Shown piece by piece: positions 12,261 through 28,731 of a stretch of 64,000 nt of DNA. Origin of the DNA: Trichinella spiralis (taxonomy: Eukaryota); contig NW_003526943.1 of assembly GCF_000181795.1 (NCBI RefSeq), positions 1,979,647-2,043,646 of the forward strand, read 5' to 3'. A model generated the notes under the pieces. The model was not told where the DNA came from. It made no database searches and saw only the letters and a program-made list of their open reading frames with translations. Each line of letters begins with the position of its first letter. Position 1 is the first letter of the stretch. Made by a program: the position numbers and the translations under genes.

Positions 12261-13128
12261 TCATCGCAGACCAAGAAGACCAACTCGGCAGTTAACAAAA
12301 CAGTTTACGAAATCTTGAGATGCTGGTTCAGCATGTAGATATCCTCTAGTCATAGATTCTTGAGCTGCCTGCTGATAGGCTGCATACTGCTGCTGGCATT
12401 GTTCAGCACACAATTTTCCAGTTTCGGTTTTCAACTACAGTAAAATGAATGCAACAATAAACAGCTGTGTGAAAATCAACATAAAGTCATATCGTTATTG
12501 ATGTATTTTATATAATTCTTATTTATATAAATCTGCAAATAAATATTCTTGAACTTACCATATCGTCAAACACAGCAGCTGACACCCTGAAAAATGTTTC
12601 ACACATTTTATACATGAAACGTCAAATAAATCAGCATTTTTCAGTAAGCAAATAAGTTCTGAACTTTCAAAACCATATTTATTTAGCTCGTGTTATTGAT
12701 TTCTTCTAATATTACTCTTCAAAAGTGCACGTGCTATGCATTATTTTATTACATTTGATGGATTACATAATGCAATAGTTAATTATGTTCAAAAAAATAA
12801 ATGCACTGACAGAATTTGCATTTCAAGATATTATACATTGAAATTAATTTTCAAATGACACACTCTTTCATGAAATAAATTGTGATTAAAAAATTATGTA
12901 TTTTGCTTTTCAATTTAGCATATGATATTTATTTTCATCGATTTAATTAGCTGCTGCGATTTCTATGCCCATTATTTTATTCGACTCTTATAGCACTTAT
13001 CATGCATGATTATTATATACTGTTTTTATTATGCTAATAGCAAATAGTGACAAATTTCACAGTAGAAATATGAGAATTATTACTTACGTGTAAAATGCAA
13101 TAGCGAGAATGCACAGAAAGAATTTCAT
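12261..13128 (-). CDS. Small secreted 4-Cys peptide, paralog A (80 aa)
   Basis: Exons 13128-13088, 12586-12559 and 12434-12261, all with canonical GT-AG sites and consistent phase. Product: MKFFLCILAIAFYTVSA-AVFDDMLKTETGKLCAEQCQQQYAAYQQAAQESMTRGYLHAEPASQDFVNCFVNCRVGLLGLR*. Confidence 0.85.
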
Positions 13129-13172
13129 TTTGAAAAATTTGTTAGTGAATGATATTCTTGGTGTGGTTTATC

Positions 13173-13180
13173 CTTTTATA
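13173..13180 (-). promoter_or_regulatory. TATA box of peptide gene A
   Basis: TATAAAAG ~45 bp upstream of the ATG, conserved at the same offset in paralog B. Confidence 0.65.
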
Positions 13181-14372
13181 GTAAAATCTCATAAAAAAGC
13201 ATGTGGGCTGTGTTTTTGTAAATATTAACAAATCTGCAACTGATTAAATACACTTTTGATGCAGGGGATGATTCCTGTAATCCGACATGAAAAATAAATA
13301 TTTATTATTTCTTCAAATTAAATGCTACTTTTCAAGAATTGCAAATTTGCGCGCAATTATTCCAAGGTATTATAGCATGAATGATTATTCAATTATTGCA
13401 ATTATAGTTATGACAGGCATGCATACACATATAAATATACTGCTGTTTATTGGAATTTAGTTCTGAACGTTTGGTAAACAAATAACAATTTTTGTAAATA
13501 CCATATTTTTCTGATATTTTCCCGAAAAGTCTGCTTAAAAATCGTCATGTGGCAATTGATAATATTATAGTGCTACTTTGTTCTATAGAAATTAACATAC
13601 TTGGAATTGAAATTAAAATACACTTTCAATGTAATAAATCAGTAAAAACTGGTATTGTGAATGGGGTGGAATTTTCAAATAATCACTGAAAAACTTTTCA
13701 CCTCTTTACATGACAATTAAAGTTGAAATAAAATCTGAAATTAATGAATGCATGAAGAATAATGCTGATCAGACCGTTTGGAGCTGTTTTTATTTTTGCT
13801 TTATTCGCTTTCATATGGTAAGCAGCATTGGACGAATTTCATTATGCACTACTGTATTTACCTACTGATGGATTGTTCGCGCTATGTGCGCTTTTCGATT
13901 ACTGGGTTACGTTACCCGGATTTTGAAAAGCGTGTGAAAAAGCTTGAATAATATCAGTTACATCTAAATTTTTTCAAAGAAACCACTGCAAATAATTTTA
14001 TGTTGTTTTATCAAAAATTGATAAATTAAAATCATCATCTTTTTTCTACGTGCCACAAAATATGACAAAACCGCCTTTGCAGCAGTTATTTTATTTTTTT
14101 GACATGGCAAATTGATCATGTTAATCTTCTCCAATCACATGGTAATTAGCACTGGAGATGTAGATTCCACATTTTGCTGACACAACTGCTAATTTTTCTG
14201 CCCTCTTTTCCTCCACACAACTAGCACCTTTTTCTTACACTTTTTGTACTGTATAGAGATATATAAGCACACGTTGTGGAAGAAATGCATATCCCAGATT
14301 GTATTCTTAGGCCGCCTGTAAATAGTGTGCCGTGAAACATTACAGCCAATCAAAACAAAATGCTTTTTATAT

Positions 14373-15210
14373 GATTTACACTTTCACATTGTTGTACTGA
14401 TATTTTGCTTGCTGTTATACTGGCTATTTCTTTTGGTGTTTCTGTCATCAGCTGCTTGTTTGTATTTTTTTATCTTTGCTTGATATTTGATGTTGCCAGT
14501 AGAAGATCGTTTCTGATGGAATGTGGAAAGAGTCTTCTAAGCAGCATTTTCAACAAACGTGCACTGAATCCGTCTCCTTACTCAGTGAGACATGCAATTG
14601 AACGTATGGAAATATAGACAACAGCAAAGCGGCTAAGAGCTGAGAAGAACGAAAATGAGATCGGCAAGGGAGGCGCGTTTTCTGACAGTAAAAGGGACGG
14701 AAAAGTCAGTACCTGTTGCATTACGTGTGAAACACCATGTTTCACTGATTCAACGTTTGTTATTCAATATGAATTTGCATAATAATATATGCGATGCAGT
14801 AACAGTGATTTCTTAAATTATCGATGAAAATGTAAAACTCATTAATTACTAAAATTTATAAAATGTAAACTTTCATTATAAATGTTTCTGCATGCAGAAA
14901 CTATTGCATAATGGAAGGCTGCCAACAGCAATGCGCGTTGCATGTTGAAATATTTACAATGTGAAAACAGGAGATTGCAATTAATTCACAAAGATAAAAC
15001 AGCAGATTTATCTATTGCTAGTTATAAAACTTTGCTTTCATCATTAGGTCATTTCATTTATAGATGATTTCATGTATGTAAAAATTTTAAAATAGAAATA
15101 TTTCAAAACAATATTACTTACTCAACGGACAACTTTAATGAAGACAAAATATAACAATTGCAAAATGAATGATTTCTTTTAATAATTAAAAGTCACACAT
15201 AAATGAATAT
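14373..15210 (+). repeat. Direct repeat copy 2 (~840 bp)
   Basis: Nearly identical to 11357-12208. Confidence 0.95.
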
Positions 15211-15264
15211 TGATTTAGGAGTGTTTTCACATCTGTTATGAATATGTTATGATATCTTGTTATT

Positions 15265-16134
15265 TTATGATCGCTGTTGGCGTGCAAGTCCCACTCTGCA
15301 TGTAACAAAACAGTTTACGAAATCTTGGGATGCTTGTTGAGCATGCTGATATCCTCTTGTCGCAGATTCTTCAGCTGCCTGCTGATATGCTTTATACTGT
15401 TGTTCGCATTGTTGTTCAGCACAAAATTTTCCCGTTTCGGTTTTCAGCTACAGTAAAATGAATGCAAAGATTGTTAGTTAGGTGGAAATCGATGTAAGCT
15501 CATTTGATATTTTTTGTATTTTATATTTTTGTGAATCTTTGAATAAACATTCTTTAACTTACGATATCTTCAAGCAAACCAGCTGACACCCTGAAAAATG
15601 TTCCAATCATTTCATGATTAAAATTTTAAATACGTCTATATTTTTAGTATGCAAGTGTGTTATAAATTTTTTTAATTGTATTTATTTAGCTCTTGTTATC
15701 CAGCTCTTTTAACCGTTGCTCTTGAGAATTATCTGTGTGCACATTTTTTTATGGATTTCATACTGGAACAATTTGTAATGTTCAAAAGAAATTAATGCTT
15801 GGACATAATGTTTGTTTTTAAAATCACATTTTAATTCTAGGTATTAGATATTAAAGTTTGCTTTCATGTTTTACTGTTTTTTGAAGTTAAATGTGATTTC
15901 AAAAATGTATTGTGCTTTTGAATTTTGCATATGATATTCATTTTTATTCATTTATTGGACAATAGTCTTCTTTATGCCTATTTTTTGTAATAATGGTAAC
16001 ACTTTTAATACATTATTATCATGCGCTATTTTTTTTATGCTTATAATACATGGTGAAAAATACCAAGTTAGATATATCAAAATTGTTACTTACGTGTAAA
16101 TTGCAATGGCCAAAATGCAAAGAAAGAATTTCAT
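15265..16134 (-). CDS. Small secreted 4-Cys peptide, paralog B (83 aa)
   Basis: Exons 16134-16094, 15590-15563 and 15447-15265. Product: MKFFLCILAIAIYTVSA-GLLEDILKTETGKFCAEQQCEQQYKAYQQAAEESATRGYQHAQQASQDFVNCFVTCRVGLARQQRS*. Intron positions are identical to paralog A. Confidence 0.85.
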
Positions 16135-16178
16135 TTTGATGAATCTGTTAGTGTATGATATTTTTCGTTTTGTTCATC

Positions 16179-16186
16179 CTTTTATA
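16179..16186 (-). promoter_or_regulatory. TATA box of peptide gene B
   Basis: TATAAAAG at the same offset from the ATG as in paralog A. Confidence 0.65.
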
Positions 16187-17401
16187 GTTGAAAATCAAAT
16201 GGTGCTTTGTGGGAGTTGTTATTCTAAATACGAAATAGCTACATAAACATACACAGCTGTTCAAATAGGTATTTGTTGCGGAGAAATGGGAATAAAATAT
16301 TAAGTGCTTTTTTATATTAGTTAATTGAAAAATTAGCCAGTCATTTTAGTTTATGAAATACTTGTATTATTTGCATTGCCGTGTTTTGAATTCAGAATCA
16401 TGTGTGTAGGCATTGCTTTTTTTCTAATTTGTAAGCAAATAACTTCATGTCGTTTATGTTATCAATAAGCAAATTTTTTTATTATGAAATGCGGCATGTT
16501 TATTAATGCCCTGCTGAAATGTTTCTGCACTTAGTTTGCTTTTTGATGATGCCACTGTTGTACCTACTTCTGCGAATAATTTCTTGCTTGCAAATCACCT
16601 GTTCAATTTAAAATGTTTATATAAAAATAATTATTAAGATAGCAATCGTAAATTTTTTCCCATTCTTGAATTATATCTTAGATTTGATTTGTTTGATTGA
16701 TATAAAGATTGATTTGGTTGATATAAAGGCTTAAATTGAAAATCATCTGAAAATTATATTCTTTTTTAGCTTTTTCATTACGTGCATGCGTTTCCTTCTT
16801 ATCAAATCTTAAACAGCTTTCATTTAATAAATTTGCTAATGTTCTGTTCCATCCGCATAACTGACTGATATAAAAGCATATATGAGTATCATGTCGCAAC
16901 AACTCGAAATGCTGATGAATCTGTGTTTAGTTGGATGTTGTTCTTATTTTCTGTTACTTTCTCTTATAGTAATTTTCGCTTGTGAGTCTTTAAGTAAAAA
17001 AATCTTAAACTTAATAAGCAGTATTTGTAATTTTGTCTTTTTTGGTGCATAGATAAAAAAGTTTTCTATGAAATGATAAACATTGTCATCTTGGCATCAT
17101 AATCGAATTGGACTTTCTACAAATTTTCCTTCAATTATTGCTTTTGTTAGTATGATTTTTCAATGGTGCATTGCAATTAATTTTTATTTTGTTACTCTTT
17201 CATTTGAAATAATTCCTGCTCTCCTAACACTGAATTTTATCGTTTTTTGTTGCTGACTACTTTTTTGTAGTTTTAGCAGTTTGAATTTAGCAGTATTAAT
17301 TGAGTAATTAAAATTTACGTTTTATCCGCATCAAAAACAATGCAGTTTTCCAAATATTTATTTATACTGTTTCTCATTTTGTAATAGAATTTCAAAAATG
17401 T

Positions 17402-18519
17402 TTAATTTTCCTCCATCGCTTCAACCTTTTCAGACACTTCCTTTTCATCGCTAACCTCTTCTTCGACAAATGTTATCATAGCCGCAGGTGATTTCAGTAA
17501 ATGAATATTCTTCTTCATATTTATTTGATCTCTTTCCTTTCGCATCTCGATTCCCGCTTTCAGTCTGCGAAAAATAAACGAATATAAACCATACATAATA
17601 AAAGCATTGATTTCACAAGACGGAAGCATTTCACAAGATATATTGTGCATTATTATTATATATGTACTATTTATAAATCAGATTATAAATGTAATGTACA
17701 AAAATGCATAATCTCATTACAGAAAAAAGTAATAAAGTAAAAAATGAATTATACCTGTTTTTAATAAATAGTGCCTGCCGTTTCTGCTTCACCGATTCTA
17801 TTTTCTTCATTATGTCAACTGTAAGTGTTAATGTTTAATTATTGGAGTGTGATTTTCAGTAAAAAAGAAACTTTACCCGTTTTATTCCAAACATTGCGAT
17901 CGTACTTCTGTGGCTCGTTTCGGCGCTTCTCGAATTCAAGCGATAAATCATTCGACAAGTCTTTGTTCATCACTTGACGTCCAGCTTTCGTCCAACCAAA
18001 CTTTCTTGGGTTTCGCTTCATTTTAAAACTTTTGTGACATTTGCTTCGACAAAAACGAAATATCTAAATTATCAAAAAAATATGTTAACCGATTTAGATT
18101 AACGGGAGTTTTCTTTACAATCACCAGAAAAAAATCATAATATCCATAAAAGCTTCATAATCACTGTAATCTCATATTAAAATCATTCGTGCATAGTAAT
18201 ATTACAAAAAATGCATTAAGAATTTCTAATTGCTCTATTGCTTTATGCGGTCTGGCATATTTTACAGCTATAAAGAAATATACAAATAAAAATGCATTCA
18301 AATTTTCACTGAAAGGAACTACATCTTAAAATAAATACAAACGATAGAAAATCGCATAAAACAAGCAATTTAATTAAATAAGCTATCATTTAAAGTAAAT
18401 GATTTAAAAATAACAACTTAAGCCTAATAAAAAGTAACCTTGCAATCGTTTCGAACAAACATAATTCCATGACCAGGATAAATTGTCGACGAACAGAAGT
18501 AACACTTTTCCAAGCGCAT
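17402..18519 (-). CDS. RSL24D1: Ribosome biogenesis protein RLP24 / RSL24D1
   Basis: [62 protein letters not shown]. Exons 18519-18439, 18063-17877, 17818-17755 and 17564-17402. Confidence 0.93.
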
Positions 18520-19252
18520 GGTAACTTAACTCTAAAAACAATAATGAAAAATGACAGAAATACCATTTAATATAGAAATATTCATACATGAAGCATAGAA
18601 AAAAATCATATCAGAACATCACTTAATGCATAATGTATAATTTTTTGTGTATATGCATGCATGCAAAGTAATAAATAAGAACTACTATAAGGTACTAGAA
18701 ATAACAGAATTTGAAAAAATGGTTTAACAGCTAATTAATACAAATTAAATTAATATCTCAAAAAATTTTATCATTAACGTAATCATTAAAATGAATTCTA
18801 CAATAAAATGAGCCATTAAAATTATAAAATTATAATAAAACTTATTAAGCATACTGTAACAGTACAAATGTGAACATAAGTACAAATGTAAATTTAAATG
18901 CTGAAACATCATTCTGAAATTATTTAAAGTGTAATAAATAGAATTTTTGAACAAAAAAAGAATGTTTTTCTGTCTAAAGGTTTTTAAATAATTTTTTAAA
19001 ATTTGTTTTAATTTACTAAACAGAGTAATTTACAAAAAATAATTTGAATGCAATTTTTTACTCGCAAACAAAACGTGAAGAATAAATACTGCTATTATTG
19101 CGCAATTTTTAATGTATTGCAAAAATCTTGTAACAAACTAAGAATATATAATGAATGGATTGACATAAAACATCAATTTCAACGATGATAAACTGCAAAG
19201 ACTATCATTGATTTACTTTTAAAGATGCAGAGCGTAACTGCTACTAATTCCA

Positions 19253-21396
19253 TCACTTGTCTCGAATCACACAAGCATTTTCAAAATTCAAATCGTTAAT
19301 ACTAGGATAAACCGATTTTATCGTCTTCTCATTTTCCAACAATACCTTGATTTGCTGTACTGATATTTCTTGATACAGTTGTGAAAATTTTTCATTTTCA
19401 GTATGACTGAAAGTATGACAGTAGTCAACAAGAGCTTTCATAAATTCTTGCATAATGTGAATGCAGGATGCAAAAGATTCCGCACTTGACACTTCTACTA
19501 AAATATCTTTAGTTTCTGGAGAAATCTAAAATTGTAACTACAATTTACATCAACATCGTTTATAAATATTTTAACAAAACCGTCTAACAAAAATGACAAA
19601 TAAAATAATTTACAAATAATAAATGTCATAATGTCAAATTACGTGCACTGTCCAGTGCACTTCCTATGTAAATACATTGATAGAAGTTTAAAATTTTTGG
19701 TCTAATCAACCATCATGCCATAAAAACAAAAAGTAAAGGACAATAAATGAACCAGCTTTCGGTCAACTCACCTTTGTCATATCACCATTGGTTAACGGCG
19801 GTAAAGATATTACCATTCCTTCAGCATCAATTAAGCATGGATATGTTGATTTTCTTGCTAATAAATAAATATACCTGAAATGAGAAACACTGAAAATTGT
19901 ACACAAAAAGTACAGTATGAAAGTTTTTACTGGTGAATTCCCGAGTGAACATTGCGTTTTTTCTCTTTTCTCAAAGCTTCTGCACCAGCTTTCAGTTCAC
20001 TCATCAGTTTAGCTGCCGTCATTTCCGATGTTCTGTTCAATGGTTTGATCTGGAAACAATACAAGAAGGGATGTATCCAAAAATTGAAATATCAGTATAG
20101 TATAAATTGTGATGAGACCACGAAACGATTCGTTGTACAATTGCAATAAATGTAAGATTAAAATTCAGTTATAATTAATCAAAATTATGTTCTCACAAAA
20201 AACTGAATAAAAACTGTTTTTTGTTCACCTTTATTTTCTCCGGATGAAGAGCTGTGTATTTCAAAGGAAAGCGGACTTTAGCCAAGTCATGTGTAGCAAC
20301 AGTTCCAAGTATCCGCTTATTGCAAACATTGGAGTGCAATTTGCTCTTAAGTAGATCATTTAAAACAACAAATATAATATAAAATAAAATTGAATTGAAT
20401 TACTTGCATTGTGATGAAGAGTTTTTTCTTATTTGAATCAGAAAAATCTAAGCCGCGCACAATACAACATACAAGATATGGCCGCACGTTGGCAACAGAA
20501 TTGCACCAAATTATAGCATTACTTTCATCAGACGGTTTGACCAATATGTCGAGTTTCTTATTTTGATCTTGTGAATCTTTTCTTTTATTAGGTGTGGCTG
20601 GCTTTTTTCCTGAATTCGATTTGTCTGTTGCTGCTTCATCAGATGCACGGCTCTTTTTTACATAATCTAAAATTACTTTAGTTTGTCCTTCTTTTAAAAG
20701 TTTCAAAAGGCGTCTGTCTTTAAGTGGATTGTCGTTTAATAATAATTCACGCAATTTAGAACATGAACTTAACTCCCTCGGAACGTGCTTAATTTGATTT
20801 TCAGACAAATCCAGCACTTTCAACATCGGCAATTTTTCCAACTCTTTGGGTATAATTTCAATTTTGTTGCTTTTCAACAGAATTTCAGTCAGATGAATCA
20901 AACCAGACGAACAAATTGTATTCGGAAATTCCACAAGCTGATTGTGAGAAGCATCCACATGAATTAACCAGCTTAGCTGATCAAATTGGATGTCCAATTT
21001 TGTTAAACAATTTCCAGAAACATTCAGCAGTTGAAGTTGGCTACAGTTGACCAGTGTGGACGGCACGCTGGTCAACTTATTCCAAGAGAGATCCAAATTT
21101 TTCAGACGTTTCAATTGGCCAATACAATCTGGCAGACTGGTGAGTTTGTTGTTGCGCAAAACCAAGTTAATTAATGAACAAGCATTGCCAATTTCATTCG
21201 GAATTTCACTCAGATTTGAATAACTAAGCTCGACAAAATTCAAGCCACTTTTTTTGAAAATACTCGCAGGCATAGTACCAGTCTCTTGATCAAGCATGTC
21301 ATTCAGCTCTGAACCTGTCAACTTCAGTTCATGTCGACCATCTTGGCCGTGACCATCTTTCTGACTGTGGTGGTTGCCAGCTTTTTTATCACTCAT
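19253..21396 (-). CDS. LRRC47: Leucine-rich repeat-containing protein 47 (LRR + PheRS-beta B3/B4-like domain)
   Basis: LRR array in ORF 20356-21396, then VRPYLVCCIVRG, CNKRILGTVATHDL, YPCLIDAEGMVISLPPLTNGDMTK and ISPETKDILVEV in downstream exons. Confidence 0.9.
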
Positions 21397-22278
21397 TCTG
21401 AAGTTCCTATAATAAATTCTTCAAATTTCATATACTTATGAATAACTATCTAATATAAAAGAAAAATCAATCGAATTTATTATCGAAACATACAACAATA
21501 ACGCTGTAAAGACAAAAATAAATAATTCTCTGAAGAAAAAAAAATTCAAGATATAAGGAAATTTTTCAATAGTGTTGACGTCATTGTGAAAAACGTTAAA
21601 TACACGTTTTGTACTTGCATACTTTTTAACAAATCTATAATATTACAGTGCCATTTGATTTGCAAGTAAAGCCATACGTTTTTCGATTATTTTACTAAAT
21701 TAAATTAAAAATTGCTCGCTTTTACTGTACCTAAGTGCTTTCTAAGATGCAATGTTTTTTTTTTATTTTGTATTGAAAGAAAATTTAGTTTTTCTTTTTG
21801 AGTAAAATTTTATAATTTTAAACTTTGAATGATAAATTATGTGAAACTAGCTATACATTTTTTTCTAATAATTTTAACTTTTCATTTTTTATTATTCACA
21901 AATTTATTGTTCAGTTATTGATAGTGACACACTATGAAAAAATGAGCTTACGCAAAATTTTCACTTCACATTACGTATTTTGGAAAAATTATTGTAATAT
22001 AATATGATAACGCACGAATTTGAATTTCAAATGTTTTTCATTTACAGTTCTTGTTCATGTAGCAAACTTATCACTTTTCTTGTTTTGGATTGGCAACTAT
22101 AGTTTTACTTCTCGTTTCTACAATCTATTTTTTAATGCTTAACTTTGTTTCTCCTGAAAGTGAAATAAATATTAAATGACTATTTACTTATCGACAAGAA
22201 AACAAAAATAATACATTTTACCAAAAAGTTTATTGCCATTCCTTAAGAAGTTTCATTGTCTATGAATTAAGATATGCA

Positions 22279-22487
22279 TTATATTCCATATCCAATGCTT
22301 TTCAAGAGGTAAACACCTGAAACATGATTTTATTCAGTTTTAAAGTTATTGAAATGCATAATGCTGTACCGGTTTCTATTAAGCCAATCCATATAAGGAA
22401 AGTGATAACATCGTTCCGAGTATTCAACTCCGCCAGCTCTTCCAATGGCTCACCAGACAATTTCGAGTCATTTCGGGATTCATTCAT
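22279..22487 (-). CDS. Putative 51-aa single-pass membrane micropeptide
   Basis: Acceptor ttttatttag 4 nt before the ATG. Exons 22487-22370 and 22316-22279 flank a 53-nt GT..TTTCAG intron. Product: MNESRNDSKLSGEPLEELAELNTRNDVITFLIWIGLIETGVYLLKSIGYGI*. Confidence 0.55.
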
Positions 22488-23300
22488 TGTTCTAAATAAA
22501 ATTCATATAAAATTATTGTAAACATCAAATCATAAAACATTCGCATAAAACGCAGAATTAAATGAAGTATTAATAAATGTGAATTCTTTTAAAACTAAAG
22601 CTAGCGTGGGATACGTAAAGCATACTGTAAATGTAAGGACTACTATAAAGTTCAAAAATCTTATAAATGAGCTGCATTTATTAATTCACATTGAAAATTA
22701 TATAAATTACTTTGTGAAATATAAAATAAAAGCAGCTTATCAGATTATTTACAAAAGCAAAATTTTACAGATAAGATCAAATAAAATATGCGTAAGTATT
22801 AATCGAGTATTACATTATCTACAATTGTTTCCTGAAAAATTCAAACAAATTATATTCCTTGAGCGGATGCTTTTGTGGGTAGCACTTCCCGATTGGTTGA
22901 CTTTGATTTGTCGTAACACCTACTTTTTGGTACTGAAGTACTTTCACCATTTTGCCATCCGGGCATTTGTCTGTGTGATGATTTATTGATTTTTCTAACG
23001 CTCTTGACGTTGACAAACTTTTATTAAATTCTGTGCATTCCTATTATTTTTCAAATGATCTATTACGTAAATGTAGTTATTTTCCATTTTTAAATAGACC
23101 ACAGTTAATCAATATTTATTGATTTGCTGTTTATCAAGTATTGATTTACATATGTATATACAGAAGCGTATTGTTTCGTACACTGTGCGTGAAAAGTACA
23201 AATGCGAAATGACATGGGCAGAGTAGCATCAATTTCTGAAATTTGAAAATCGTTTGACCGGCATAGAAATGCTTTAAAATGGTTTATTCACGTTGTTGAC

Positions 23301-23347
23301 TTCAAAGGCACGCCGCTCGACATTTGATTGGTCTTAAATTTCATTGG
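23301..23347 (-). promoter_or_regulatory. CCAAT boxes + CDE/CHR-like element (leftward)
   Basis: The minus strand reads CCAATgaaatttaagaCCAATcaaatgtcga-GCGGCG-tgcc-TTTGAA. Confidence 0.55.
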
Positions 23348-24216
23348 TTTACACACCAGTTAAATTTCATTAGTTGTTGTTGTGATGAATTTTATTCGTT
23401 GTAGCGAACATAAATTTTACTGGTTGACATTGTAATGCGTGCTATTTGTCAAATTTTGGTTTCTTTTTAATGGTCAGTTTTCTGATATTCCAAGCTTACT
23501 ATTTTCATTCTATTTATATTAAAAAATTAATATTTAATGGTATTTAATGAAACTAATTATAATTAATTATTTAAATGAAATTCAGTAATATGGCGTATCC
23601 ATCAGGAACTTTTCCACGTGACCTTTCTGACTAATAACGGCAGTAACTTCTAAACTTGTACACATTTTATCCTATACCCCTGCAGCCTATTTTATCCTAT
23701 ACCGAAATTAATTTTCAATAACAATGGACACTTGTTGCGCACTGAAAATATACTTTATAACGATCCTAGTATTTCTTCTGTTTACCAGTATGTTTCAGTT
23801 TATATTCCCTTTCTTCAAAAACAAGGGACATTTTATCGCAATAAACTTTTACCACTGAAAATAATATACAAATTCATCAAATTAACAAATAAATTAATAG
23901 AAAGCAAACTTTTGAACAAGGTCTTTAAAATGCTGAATAGTACACACGCAATAAACCGAGTCAGTTTAGTTTAAAGTAAAGCAAATTTGTTAGATCTCAT
24001 CGGCAGTTGCATGAATATAATTAATTATACTCAAAAATGAAACCGCAAGAAAATTTGTTTGCAAGCTTATAATTTTCAAATGCTAGTCAGCCTTTAATTT
24101 TACTTAATGCTACTGCTAATATATAGCGAACATAAATAGTAAAGCTTTGAATATCAGAAAACTGACCATTAAAAAAGAATCCGAAATTCGACAAATAGAA
24201 TGTATTACAACCGTAA

Positions 24217-24348
24217 CCAATGAAATTTAGCTTGAAGACAACAAATAAAATTCATCAAAACGATAGCCAGTGAAATTTATTTGCGCTTATTGGCTTCACA
24301 GCCAATAAAATTTAGGACTAATCAAATTACGATCGGCGTGCCTTTGAT
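24217..24348 (+). promoter_or_regulatory. CCAAT boxes + CDE/CHR-like element (rightward), inverted homolog of 23301-23430
   Basis: CCAAT at 24217 and 24302; CGGCG-tgcc-TTTGAT at 24334-24348. Confidence 0.5.
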
Positions 24349-25007
24349 GTCACAAACGAGACCGAAACCCTTTTAAGTAAAAACTATATAGCAGGAAAAC
24401 AAGCAAAAAGTAGGCGTTACGATAAATCAAAGTTCACCAATCAGAAAGTGACTCATCCATCAGCTCAAAGAGTATCAGCTGTTCATATGCAAATTTATAT
24501 GTTATTAATAATAGTAACAATTATTTTATAATGTGGCTTTTTAGTTCTAAAAAATATTTTATTTAGAACTAATTAATTATTATAAATTTATATATGTATT
24601 ATATTTTGATAATTATGCTTATTTTTTAGATGGGATTACTGTATGTTGTTTCCAATACTATGGTAGCCTGCATTTGCTTAGTTGATTGTTCTCACTGCCC
24701 TTTGTTTCGCTATAAGTAGCGTTCGTAAAACTTGTCAACTGAATTTTGATTGCTGTTTCCCGAAGAAAAGTGGCAAAGGTGACAAGCATTATTTTGCTTT
24801 TAGTTTATGATTAAGAGTGAAAATAATATGCATTAGTAAAATAAGTAAAAATATTTTTAATAACATTGTTGCCGAATTCATTTTTGTTTCTGCTTTCATG
24901 ATTATTTCATGCTTTAAAGATAACTCATAATAAAGATGAAAACATGAATATTGATAAATAAACTGATAATAATACAGTGCTTATGCATATTTCAGGTTGA
25001 AACTGAA

Positions 25008-27246
<2,239 letters not shown>

Positions 27247-27332
27247 CGACAGAAAAGAAACCCTTTTCCAAGATATAAATGTTCAAGTTGACTCTATTTA
27301 AGCAATTTACAATATGTAAATACAAAATCCAC

Positions 27333-27362
27333 ATATATATATATATATCATTTGAATTGATT

Positions 27363-27393
<31 letters not shown>
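27333..27393. repeat. Two (AT)n microsatellites between the converging NMT and COQ5 3' ends
   Basis: Visible AT dinucleotide runs. Confidence 0.85.
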
Positions 27394-27607
27394 GCATCGT
27401 AATATGTAGTTATCTCATTTAGGTTTTTTGTTATTTTCCATTCATAATGCAACAGTTCTGTGTTTTGTGCGAAAATATGCCTGGTATATACAACTATGCG
27501 TGTTTAAAATGATTTGCCATTTCTCGCTAACATTGTATGCTTCTTTCTGTTGAGAAAACAAGTAAAACATTCGTTCTATTGCAAGTTTGTTTCTTCGTTT
27601 ACAACAA

Positions 27608-28731
<1,124 letters not shown>

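Noticed and set aside
13762..14617. Signal-peptide-like plus-strand exon at 13762-13817 and hydrophobic ORF 14405-14617
   Set aside because: No consistent exon chain found; T-rich DNA gives hydrophobic ORFs by chance.
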